From UHGV virus genome UHGV-1341775: a stretch of DNA of 15,929 bases. One strand, given 5' to 3'. The notes below the pieces were generated by a model that saw nothing but the letters and a program-made list of their open reading frames with translations, was not told the DNA's origin and made no database searches. Both the position numbers and the translations under genes were made by a program. Position 1 is the stretch's first letter, and each line of letters opens with the position of its first letter. Shown here in pieces: positions 7,817 through 14,744 of this stretch. Origin of the DNA: a virus.

Positions 7817-8287
7817 TTAGAGAGTCTGGAAAACAGCTTGTTTAACCGGAGCACCATCTACTACAAAGGTGAAGGTACGGCCTACTACCGCATCCTCACC
7901 ACCAGTCATGGTAGTTTTAGACAGGAAGCCGTTATAAGCGATATGTACACCAGATTTTTTCGTAGCATCGATGTAGTAAGCAATTTTAAGCTGTACGCGC
8001 TTACCGTCTTCGGTTGCTTTAATCAGTTTTTCGTGTACTTCGTTACCCGGCATGTAGTTGATCGAAAGTTCGATATCCGGTACAGACATACGACCAACCA
8101 GCTTGCGGTTATAAGCACCAGAGAAGTTTGGAACATCGATAGTAGAACGTTCCACACCAGTTTCCGGGAAAGCCGCACATTCTGGAATTTCCAGATAGGT
8201 TTCAGCATCAAGGTCTTTATTGTTTACGTCTTCTTGCAGAAACAGACCAACGAGGCCACCAGAGAAAATATCAAATTTAGTAGTCAT
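7817..8287 (-). CDS. Tail tube (major tail) protein, short paralog A
   Basis: 156-aa ORF with AAGGA 8 nt upstream of the ATG, followed by a strong terminator and then the chaperone pair and tape measure gene, which is the canonical major-tail-protein position. It shares motifs with the 277-aa protein at 13056..13889 (FDIFSGG vs LDIFTGS; ECAAFPETGVERSTIDV vs ENIAAFPTITESTDIQT; KATEDGKRVQLKIAYY vs KAVEDKTPLRFRMFYV). Confidence 0.55.
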   Translation of the reverse strand: MTTKFDIFSGGLVGLFLQEDVNNKDLDAETYLEIPECAAFPETGVERSTIDVPNFSGAYNRKLVGRMSVPDIELSINYMPGNEVHEKLIKATEDGKRVQLKIAYYIDATKKSGVHIAYNGFLSKTTMTGGEDAVVGRTFTFVVDGAPVKQAVFQTL

Positions 8288-8341
8288 TATTCTTTTCCTT
8301 CTATTTTAAACAATAGGGCACATACCCGTAATTCTATTTAT

Positions 8342-8644
8342 TTAGCGGTTGCTCAAACGTCTATAACGAAGATGAGCGACCCCCCTATTTGTGCTAACGG
8401 TAATTACCGCCCCTTGCGGTGCAATACAAGAATGGATCTGTCCCCAATCATAACCCTTATGACTTCCAGACACACAAAAGCCATGCAAAAGCAATTCTGA
8501 GTCACCACCACCACCACCAGAAGAATGAGCACCAAATGAAACCGTACCGAAAGCGTCGGCTGTCCAACCGTTAGGAATATCAAACCATCCCTGATTCGCT
8601 TTACCGGCTTTATTGTCTAAAACGCCATACACCCAATATCCCAT
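8342..8644 (-). CDS. Glycine-rich small protein, paralog 3 of a tandem triplet (function unknown)
   Basis: 100-aa ORF MGYWVYGVLDNKAGKANQGWFDIPNGWTADAFGTVSF...GGGGGD...AVITVS.... Its ATG overlaps the upstream stop (TAATG) and AGGAG lies about 9 nt upstream. Confidence 0.6.
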   Translation of the reverse strand: MGYWVYGVLDNKAGKANQGWFDIPNGWTADAFGTVSFGAHSSGGGGGDSELLLHGFCVSGSHKGYDWGQIHSCIAPQGAVITVSTNRGVAHLRYRRLSNR

Positions 8645-8949
8645 TAATGCATTCTCCTAAATTGGAAGTGGTTTAAACTTCCTTTACCAATGCTAAAACT
8701 GACAGTAGCGCCAACACCAACTAAAGAACTAGCTCCCCAACTTCCGGCTTTACCAGCGTGATGACCTGATTCGAGAGTACCGTTTACATATAATTCGGCG
8801 TCCAAGTCACCTCCACCGCCAACGGCTTCGGCATGAACAGACACAATACCGCATGAATCAGTAACCCAACCATTAGGGATACCAAACCAGCCGCCATTAG
8901 CATAAATGCTAATAGCATTAGCCATTCTTCCAGCAACCCAACCAGCCAT
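8644..8949 (-). CDS. Glycine-rich small protein, paralog 2 of a tandem triplet (function unknown)
   Basis: 101-aa ORF MAGWVAGRMANAISIYANGGWFGIPNGWVTDSCGIVSVH...GGGGD...ATVSFS.... It starts 2 nt after the upstream stop, with GGAG upstream. Confidence 0.6.
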   Translation of the reverse strand: MAGWVAGRMANAISIYANGGWFGIPNGWVTDSCGIVSVHAEAVGGGGDLDAELYVNGTLESGHHAGKAGSWGASSLVGVGATVSFSIGKGSLNHFQFRRMH

Positions 8950-8951
8950 AA

Positions 8952-9248
8952 TTAAAACTCCATAAATTTAAAGTATTCAATACCACCGACACCCCCATGA
9001 CCAAAGGTGACAGTACATCCAGCAGGAACAAACGCATTAACCGTAAATCCCCAATCCCCACCACCACGACGACGCGCGGCGACCACACCGTCAACGGAAA
9101 TATGCATATCGCCCCAACCATCATTAGCAGTATGCCGCAAAACGGCAACACCAGCACGTCCGGGAACATATCCATTAGGAATATCAAAAACATGCCATTT
9201 TACAGCATCTATTTTAGTGCCTTGTTCATTACTTACCCAATAGCCCAT
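8952..9248 (-). CDS. Glycine-rich small protein, paralog 1 of a tandem triplet (function unknown)
   Basis: 98-aa ORF MGYWVSNEQGTKIDAVKWHVFDIPNGYVPGRAGVAVLRH...RRGGGDWG...CTVTFGHGGVGG.... AAGGA lies 7 nt upstream of the ATG, and the gene sits 38 nt downstream of the fibre gene. Confidence 0.6.
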   Translation of the reverse strand: MGYWVSNEQGTKIDAVKWHVFDIPNGYVPGRAGVAVLRHTANDGWGDMHISVDGVVAARRRGGGDWGFTVNAFVPAGCTVTFGHGGVGGIEYFKFMEF

Positions 9249-9260
9249 TTAAAATCCTTA

Positions 9261-9278
9261 GCGGGGATTTCTCCCCGC
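9261..9278 (-). other. Short GNRA-loop hairpin between the fibre gene and the first glycine-rich paralog
   Basis: Minus-strand RNA reads GCGGGGA-GAAA-UCCCCGC, a 7-bp stem with a GAAA tetraloop, followed by UAAGGAUUUUAAAUG. The U-tract is weak, so this is more likely an RNA-stability or processing element than an efficient terminator. Confidence 0.35.
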
Positions 9279-9286
9279 CATTTAAA

Positions 9287-12200
9287 TTAACCAAATAATT
9301 TTGCTTCAATTGCAGCAAGACGATCGTGAAGAATTTTATTTTCTTCTTTCAGACGGTTATTTTCTTCTTTAAGAAGTGCAATTTCTTCGGTGTGTTCGTT
9401 GATTGCCGCAGTATTTAAACCAATAACACCGTTATAGTTCAAACGAAGAAGGTTTTCGCTATCTGGATCGCCTTCAACCAATTCCGGCAAAATAGCTTGA
9501 ACTTCCTGAGCAATCAAACCAGCATTAGGCTCCCACCGTTCGCTACCGTCTTCATTTAATCCTCGCTTTTGAAGGTACATATATCCGTTAATTTTTGAAA
9601 GTGTCTGTGATGCATTTTCAAATTTAACTAAATCCTTCTTCACGCGAATATCAGAACGGATATAAATGTCACGAACATATGTCGAATAGTTGTCATTCGC
9701 CTGGACTAGATGACCATGAGAGATAATAGCTTTATCAACTTCTGTCCATAAAGCACCGTGAGTTCCCCATAGTCCAGGATGTTCTTGATACATCGCACTC
9801 CATGATGCAATATGCTGTCCGTTTGCCATCAAGTTAATACGTCCATCACCACCATGAGCTAAACCAGTATCATTATCACCAATAGCAATTGATGCACCTC
9901 CCCAAACAGGAACCGTACCAACACCAAGTCTAGGAGTTTGAATAAAAGGGCTATAAAACATTCCGCTAGCATGAAACTCAAATACCCCTTGTGGATGGTT
10001 TTCGCCTGGTGTAGCTTCCGCAGAACCAACACGAATAACAGCTTGTCCCCATGCTCCCGGAGTACGACGTAAGCCAAAGTCAGCCTTAGTAGAATAACCT
10101 TGACCTGCGATCTGGCTATGTCCTTTAATAAGTGGATAATAGCTATCTTCTCCAACACTACCCTGATCAATAAAGATAGGTGCTTCTTCGCGCCACTGTC
10201 CATCCCATGCACCGGAATGATTAGCAACCCACTGTGTAGCGTTGATATAGATACGGTCTTTGCTAATACTAACATTATTAAAATTTTGTGGCGCAAGTGC
10301 TATCTCACCATTATCTGTGAGATGAACAGCCGCATTAGTCTTATAACTACAAAAAACTAATCCATTACCAGCACCACCTTTACCGATATACCAGTTATCT
10401 ACATCGTTACAAGTACCTTTCACATAAACAGCATCAGAATCAGTAGGAGCATTAACGGTAATAACGTTAGATTCACCATTGACTTTAAATCTTCCGAAGA
10501 ATGTATTTTGAATGGTGTTATCACCTTTACGCTCAAATTCTGCTAAAAATCCTTTTGAGTCACGAAGACTTAAAACGTTATTTCGACCTACATTGCTTGC
10601 CCCCCAATGAACAAATTCTAAGTAGTCCATTGATTGACGAGAACCAGCTTTAAAGAAAAGATTGTCCTCAAGACGAGTGCTACCATCAATTCCAAGATGC
10701 AAACAACGAGCGGTTTCAGTACCACCCAAATATAATCCACCGTCCGCAAAATCATAACTGAATGGTCTGCGATTATTCCAAGTACCAAAAGAATCTTTTA
10801 AATCGGTAGTAAGAATGTGGAAGCTAGAACCATCATTGCGTAATATCAAACCATAGTTACCGCCTCTAACAGCCAAACGAGCATTTTCAGATAATGCAAC
10901 TTCGCTATTCATTACAATTTTCTGGCCTCTACCGCCAGAAATCTGTAATTCACCGTTTTCGACCAAGTTTATCGAGTTTTGACCGTTATCGTTCCACCAA
11001 ATAAAATCTTTGGTCTGACCATCACCGAAACCAAACCAGCCATTACGAACATCTTGACCAGTGCGATAATCCATAAAATTAAAATGGCTTGATTCGTTTG
11101 GTCCTCGACGAATATCAATACCAGAATTTCCAGTGACACCGCCATCCAATGTTAATTTCTTGACATGTAACCCGGATGTTGCTGTCAGCAATAATTCCTG
11201 ATTTGTATCTTCGTATCCAGTAGCAAGACGATACTGGTTATCATCAACTGTCTCATGCCAGATAGTGGCAGGACCAGAACTACGGAAGCGACGCAACATC
11301 TTTTTGCTGTTAGTTTGTTGCACGTTCAAATGCTCAATGTCATATTGGCCTTGAGGGTTTCCAGCAAAATTTAACGTTCCACGGTTACTGAAACTGTTAA
11401 AGGAGTATATTGTATATGCATCATAGATATGATCAGCTACAGGTTTTTCGCCGACATATTCAGGTCGATCAAGTACAGTTAAATTAACATCGCTGGACGC
11501 TTGATATTCAACTAAAACAAGTGAAGTATGTTGGGAATATTGAGCATATATATCATAATTATCGCCGCTTGTATTAATGGCACAAAATTGGTTGTCATAT
11601 CCAGATATATGATGATATGCGACAATATTAATTCCTTTAGGGGCATTGTTGCCAGTCCTTATAACAAGTTCAATAATATTACATTGTCCCGTTTGGCCTA
11701 CGTTCCACCCATTACCACCAACCAATCTAATTTTAGCACTACGACCGTAGTTTTGTGGTAGATATACTGTAGCGATTTTAAACCATCCACTTTCAGAACC
11801 AAAATCGATGGTCTTCTGGAACATCCGGTCAATTTCTGCTTTCGAATATGCGCCAATTTCAGCCGGAGTAGGTTTATCACCTTCATGATACATGCGGTGA
11901 GAATATGCCAAATGTCCCAATTCATCATAGCCGTATGTTTTTACAGTCGGAACAACATTAGAACCATATGTAAAATCAAAACCGCGAGAATGATTTAGAC
12001 CGCTAGGATGTGGCACATGCAAAGCTAATGCCAAATGACCCGCCAGGTCATTCATGCGGAATGCACCAAAGTAGTCAAGATTGCGCGCATTTGGATCATC
12101 AAAATAGTTTGCGGTCTTAGATAGCAAATAGCCATCAGTGTAAGTGTTTACGTGCTTTTTGATGTACTTACCATCACTTGATCCATCGGCTGCATCAATA

Positions 12201-12982
12201 CGGCTTTCTAAGCGTGCCAATTCAGAATCAGTGTAAGACTTGTTATTGTCAACTTTGCTATGAATTGCTGTATTTTTGGCTTCAACATCACGGGTTAATG
12301 CTGCGACGTTATCCGCTGCCTCTTGCTTATTGGCTGCAATCACACCAGTAAGGTTATTGTAGGTGTCAGTTAACTGATTTTCCGCATAGGCTTTATTTGC
12401 TGCGATAGTCCGATCAGTTTCTGCCTTAATCAAATCAACCTTGTCATTGATTGCTTTGTCATTGCTTGCGATGGTTGCATCGGTACGGGATTTAATATCA
12501 TCAACTTTTTTATTGATGCGGGTGTCCAGTTCCTGAGTTGCTACAGCAGCCGCATTTTTATTAGCGTTGATGGTATCCGACAATTCAGCTTTAACACCAG
12601 CAAGATCGGAAGCAGCTTTATTTTTATTGGCCTCGATTGTCGCGTCGGTTTCGCGTTTAATTACATCAACTTTATTGTTAATTTCTGCGTGATTTGCTGC
12701 GATGGTTGCATCAGTAGTTTGTTTAATTTCATCTACTTTAGCGTGAATATTGCGGTCATTTACTGCAATTGTGCTATCCAGTTCTTGTTTGTTAGCATCA
12801 ACTTTAGATTCTAGTGCCGCGTGAGTTTCAGGAGAAACAGAGATTTGAACTACTTCATGATCTCGGTCTTTGGTAAAAATAACATGGTCTTTAAGGTTGA
12901 TTGCTACCTCACCGACCTGTAATTGTTCCGGCGTTGGTTTTTTGCCAGAAACATTAGTTCGTTTAAATTGGATCGACTGCAT
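9287..12982 (-). CDS. Side tail fibre / tailspike-like protein with C-terminal intramolecular chaperone (peptidase S74-type) domain
   Basis: 1231-aa ORF with GAGGTGA upstream of the ATG at 12982. Residues 60-255 form a repeat array (KVDxIKxxTDATIAAN units). The central region is rich in Gly/Trp/Asn, consistent with a beta-rich domain. The last 121 aa (about 9290..9652) match the self-cleaving chaperone domain pattern: predicted cleavage Ser|Asp in ...IYIRS|DIRVKKDL..., then AGLIAQEVQAILPELV, LNYNGVIGLNTAAINE and a terminal coiled coil (EENNRLKEENKILHDRLAAIEAKL). Confidence 0.75.
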   Translation of the reverse strand: MQSIQFKRTNVSGKKPTPEQLQVGEVAINLKDHVIFTKDRDHEVVQISVSPETHAALESKVDANKQELDSTIAVNDRNIHAKVDEIKQTTDATIAANHAEINNKVDVIKRETDATIEANKNKAASDLAGVKAELSDTINANKNAAAVATQELDTRINKKVDDIKSRTDATIASNDKAINDKVDLIKAETDRTIAANKAYAENQLTDTYNNLTGVIAANKQEAADNVAALTRDVEAKNTAIHSKVDNNKSYTDSELARLESRIDAADGSSDGKYIKKHVNTYTDGYLLSKTANYFDDPNARNLDYFGAFRMNDLAGHLALALHVPHPSGLNHSRGFDFTYGSNVVPTVKTYGYDELGHLAYSHRMYHEGDKPTPAEIGAYSKAEIDRMFQKTIDFGSESGWFKIATVYLPQNYGRSAKIRLVGGNGWNVGQTGQCNIIELVIRTGNNAPKGINIVAYHHISGYDNQFCAINTSGDNYDIYAQYSQHTSLVLVEYQASSDVNLTVLDRPEYVGEKPVADHIYDAYTIYSFNSFSNRGTLNFAGNPQGQYDIEHLNVQQTNSKKMLRRFRSSGPATIWHETVDDNQYRLATGYEDTNQELLLTATSGLHVKKLTLDGGVTGNSGIDIRRGPNESSHFNFMDYRTGQDVRNGWFGFGDGQTKDFIWWNDNGQNSINLVENGELQISGGRGQKIVMNSEVALSENARLAVRGGNYGLILRNDGSSFHILTTDLKDSFGTWNNRRPFSYDFADGGLYLGGTETARCLHLGIDGSTRLEDNLFFKAGSRQSMDYLEFVHWGASNVGRNNVLSLRDSKGFLAEFERKGDNTIQNTFFGRFKVNGESNVITVNAPTDSDAVYVKGTCNDVDNWYIGKGGAGNGLVFCSYKTNAAVHLTDNGEIALAPQNFNNVSISKDRIYINATQWVANHSGAWDGQWREEAPIFIDQGSVGEDSYYPLIKGHSQIAGQGYSTKADFGLRRTPGAWGQAVIRVGSAEATPGENHPQGVFEFHASGMFYSPFIQTPRLGVGTVPVWGGASIAIGDNDTGLAHGGDGRINLMANGQHIASWSAMYQEHPGLWGTHGALWTEVDKAIISHGHLVQANDNYSTYVRDIYIRSDIRVKKDLVKFENASQTLSKINGYMYLQKRGLNEDGSERWEPNAGLIAQEVQAILPELVEGDPDSENLLRLNYNGVIGLNTAAINEHTEEIALLKEENNRLKEENKILHDRLAAIEAKLFG
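12217..12805 (-). repeat. In-frame tandem coding repeats (about 21-aa units) in the N-terminal shaft of the side fibre
   Basis: Protein-level repeats TDATIAAN / TDATIEAN / SDTINAN / TDATIASN / TDRTIAAN spaced about 20-21 residues apart. Matching nucleotide repeats are visible, e.g. ttgcttgcgatggttgcatc at about 12463 and ttgctgcgatggttgcatc at about 12694. Confidence 0.55.
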
Positions 12983-12994
12983 CGAATCACCTCA

Positions 12995-13029
12995 CTATAA
13001 AACAGGAATAAGGGAGGCGTTAACCTCCC
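12995..13029 (-). terminator. Probable intrinsic terminator after tube-like gene B
   Basis: Minus-strand RNA reads GGGAGG-UUAACG-CCUCCC, a 6-bp GC stem, followed by the U-rich stretch UUAUUCCUGUUUUAU. It lies 27 nt after the stop of 13056..13889 and just before the fibre gene's Shine-Dalgarno motif. Confidence 0.5.
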
Positions 13030-13055
13030 GCGTCATGTTTTATTTAGAGAAGCAA

Positions 13056-13889
13056 TCAGTATTCCCCGAAGTCGATCCGGTCATGGATAGAAACGGCTTC
13101 AATCTCGGCTGGTGTCGGTTTTTCTTCCGTGGAATACACTTTCACCCATCCAGAATTACCATCTTTCTGGACTGTGCGAACTCGTAAACGAGGTGCACCG
13201 GAAGCGGTGCAAGTTAATTGCCATCCACCATCTTCATTAGGTTGAACGTGAATTAGTGAAGTATCAGCACTAAATGGATTAGATGCGCTCGATCCCTGAT
13301 AGGTCACAAAACGGTTGCCAGTCAGTGATTCACTATCAATCGGACCAGTGAATGGATGTACACCAGCACCCAAACCAAAATCACCTTGACGTAAGATCTT
13401 ACCTTCGGTTGCAATACCACGGTCGAGAATCCCACCATCAGGATCTAATTTAAATTCGATGGTAGTAACTTTGTTATCGCTACCACGGGTTTTGTGTGAT
13501 GTGACGTATGCATCAAAAATGACGTAGTATCCTGTGTTAGCAGCACTATAGCCAGAGTTCACAACATAGAACATACGGAAGCGTAAAGGTGTTTTATCCT
13601 CTACCGCTTTCATCAACATTGCTTGATGTTCATCATCCAGAACACGGTTTACTGTGAGTGTTGTTGATTCAAGTTTACGATAGCCAGCCAACTTACCAGT
13701 AACATCATGGTCATATTCTTCTAACGTCTGGATATCTGTAGATTCGGTTATCGTCGGGAATGCTGCGATGTTCTCGATAGGACTAAATGCAGGATCGAAA
13801 AAGTCCGGCTGGTTATCCACCATAGTAGACACGGAAACTTCAACATGCGACCCCGTGAAAATGTCTAAGTTATCTTGTGTAATATTCAT
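13056..13889 (-). CDS. Tail-tube-like protein B (major-tail-protein paralog) with C-terminal extension, possibly an Ig-like decoration domain
   Basis: 277-aa ORF with a strong Shine-Dalgarno motif (AAGGGG, TAAGGGGTAATAATG). The N-terminal 150 aa or so align by motif with the 156-aa tube protein at 7817..8287. The C-terminal extension of about 120 aa ends ...EEKPTPAEIEAVSIHDRIDFGEY, resembling a segment of the fibre (DKPTPAEIGAYSKAEIDRMFQKTIDFGSE). Confidence 0.5.
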   Translation of the reverse strand: MNITQDNLDIFTGSHVEVSVSTMVDNQPDFFDPAFSPIENIAAFPTITESTDIQTLEEYDHDVTGKLAGYRKLESTTLTVNRVLDDEHQAMLMKAVEDKTPLRFRMFYVVNSGYSAANTGYYVIFDAYVTSHKTRGSDNKVTTIEFKLDPDGGILDRGIATEGKILRQGDFGLGAGVHPFTGPIDSESLTGNRFVTYQGSSASNPFSADTSLIHVQPNEDGGWQLTCTASGAPRLRVRTVQKDGNSGWVKVYSTEEKPTPAEIEAVSIHDRIDFGEY

Positions 13890-13898
13890 TATTACCCC

Positions 13899-14321
13899 TT
13901 AAAAACGCGCTACATAAGAAAATTTAAGGCTAAGTGTCCCAACGATACCACCATCACTAGAATCATCGTCATAATCGGTATTAGAAGCTACTGGAGTGAT
14001 GTCTGAAATTGAGAAGCCCAAATCTTTAAAACGTGGGTTATCCGGCTGAATCTGGATTATCTGGCAAATACCCTCATGAATTTTGGTTTCATGAATCTGA
14101 GAATATAATTGCATTTCGATAACGCATTCAGCTTGCATTGCATTACCACCACGAACACGCGTGTAAGTCTCATTCATTCCGGTGATCCAACAAACCACGT
14201 CATCACTAAAGCCTTGCTGAGTTTGTTCTACGTTTAAAGCCAGACCTAAATCTTGTTCGATAATATCTTGCAAGGCGCGTTTGATTTTCAGTCTAGGCAT
14301 ATTATTAACGGTAGCGAGCAT
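13899..14321 (-). CDS. Head-tail joining / neck protein candidate (tail terminator or completion position)
   Basis: ORF 13899..14369 trimmed to the ATG at 14321, which is preceded by AGGGGG at 5-6 nt and overlaps the upstream gene's end by 17 nt. The 140-aa product lies between the capsid gene and the tube-like gene. Assignment is by position only. Confidence 0.4.
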   Translation of the reverse strand: MLATVNNMPRLKIKRALQDIIEQDLGLALNVEQTQQGFSDDVVCWITGMNETYTRVRGGNAMQAECVIEMQLYSQIHETKIHEGICQIIQIQPDNPRFKDLGFSISDITPVASNTDYDDDSSDGGIVGTLSLKFSYVARF

Positions 14322-14595
14322 GTGTACCCCCTGCCAGAGTGATAAAGCAATCAGTTGTATTGTCACCATTGCGCTTAACGTATTGAACTTTGAAACGCTG
14401 ATTTTCTACAATGACAACATCACCCTGATTTAAGTCTCCCTCACGACAGAATAGAAATTCTGTTTCTGTCATTACCCCTTGTTCGTCGGTAGTAGTAATT
14501 TCATGATAAGCACGAATTGATTTACCACCTTCCACCGAAAATACAGGAGCACTTCGGAACATTCTTGATAATTGTGATTCTGATAATTTGAACAT
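14305..14595 (-). CDS. Head-tail adaptor / head completion protein candidate
   Basis: 96-aa ORF MFKLSESQLSRMFRSAPVF... with AAGGGGG 7 nt upstream of the ATG. It is the first gene after the capsid gene terminator. Assignment is by position and size only. Confidence 0.4.
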   Translation of the reverse strand: MFKLSESQLSRMFRSAPVFSVEGGKSIRAYHEITTTDEQGVMTETEFLFCREGDLNQGDVVIVENQRFKVQYVKRNGDNTTDCFITLAGGTHARYR

Positions 14596-14623
14596 AGTTA
14601 CCCCCTTTATGGAGTATTTACAT

Positions 14624-14652
14624 ACAAAAAAGCCCCACCGTTAGGCAGGGCT
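14624..14652 (-). terminator. Rho-independent terminator downstream of the major capsid gene
   Basis: Minus-strand RNA reads AGCCCUGCC-UAAC-GGUGGGGCU followed by UUUUUUGUAUG. This is a 9-bp stem including two G-U pairs, with a U6 tract. Confidence 0.65.
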
Positions 14653-14744
14653 AATTATTATTTTGCTTTCGGTGGACGTCCCACCTTTTTAACTGTGGCT
14701 TTCGCCGTAACTACCGGAATTTCTTCCGGCAATTCTTCGTTATT

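Noticed and set aside
7838-8500. 220-aa plus-strand ORF
   Set aside because: It is antisense to tube gene A and the third glycine-rich paralog, and runs straight across their intergenic region and ribosome-binding sites. It has no start context and is taken as a frame artefact.
8023-10296. Minus-strand alternative-frame ORFs (8023..8211, 8918..9193, 9859..10296)
   Set aside because: They are nested out of frame inside the tube, glycine-rich paralog and fibre genes, with hydrophobic low-complexity translations and no start signals.
9287-12982. Diversity-generating retroelement targeting the fibre gene
   Set aside because: There is no reverse transcriptase ORF and no template repeat duplicating the 3' end of the fibre gene anywhere in the window.
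14653-14744. Possible small RNA or tRNA in the 149-nt gap after the capsid gene
   Set aside because: No cloverleaf can be drawn, and there is no T-loop GTTC motif or acceptor-stem pairing. The hairpins are better explained as UTR and terminator structures.
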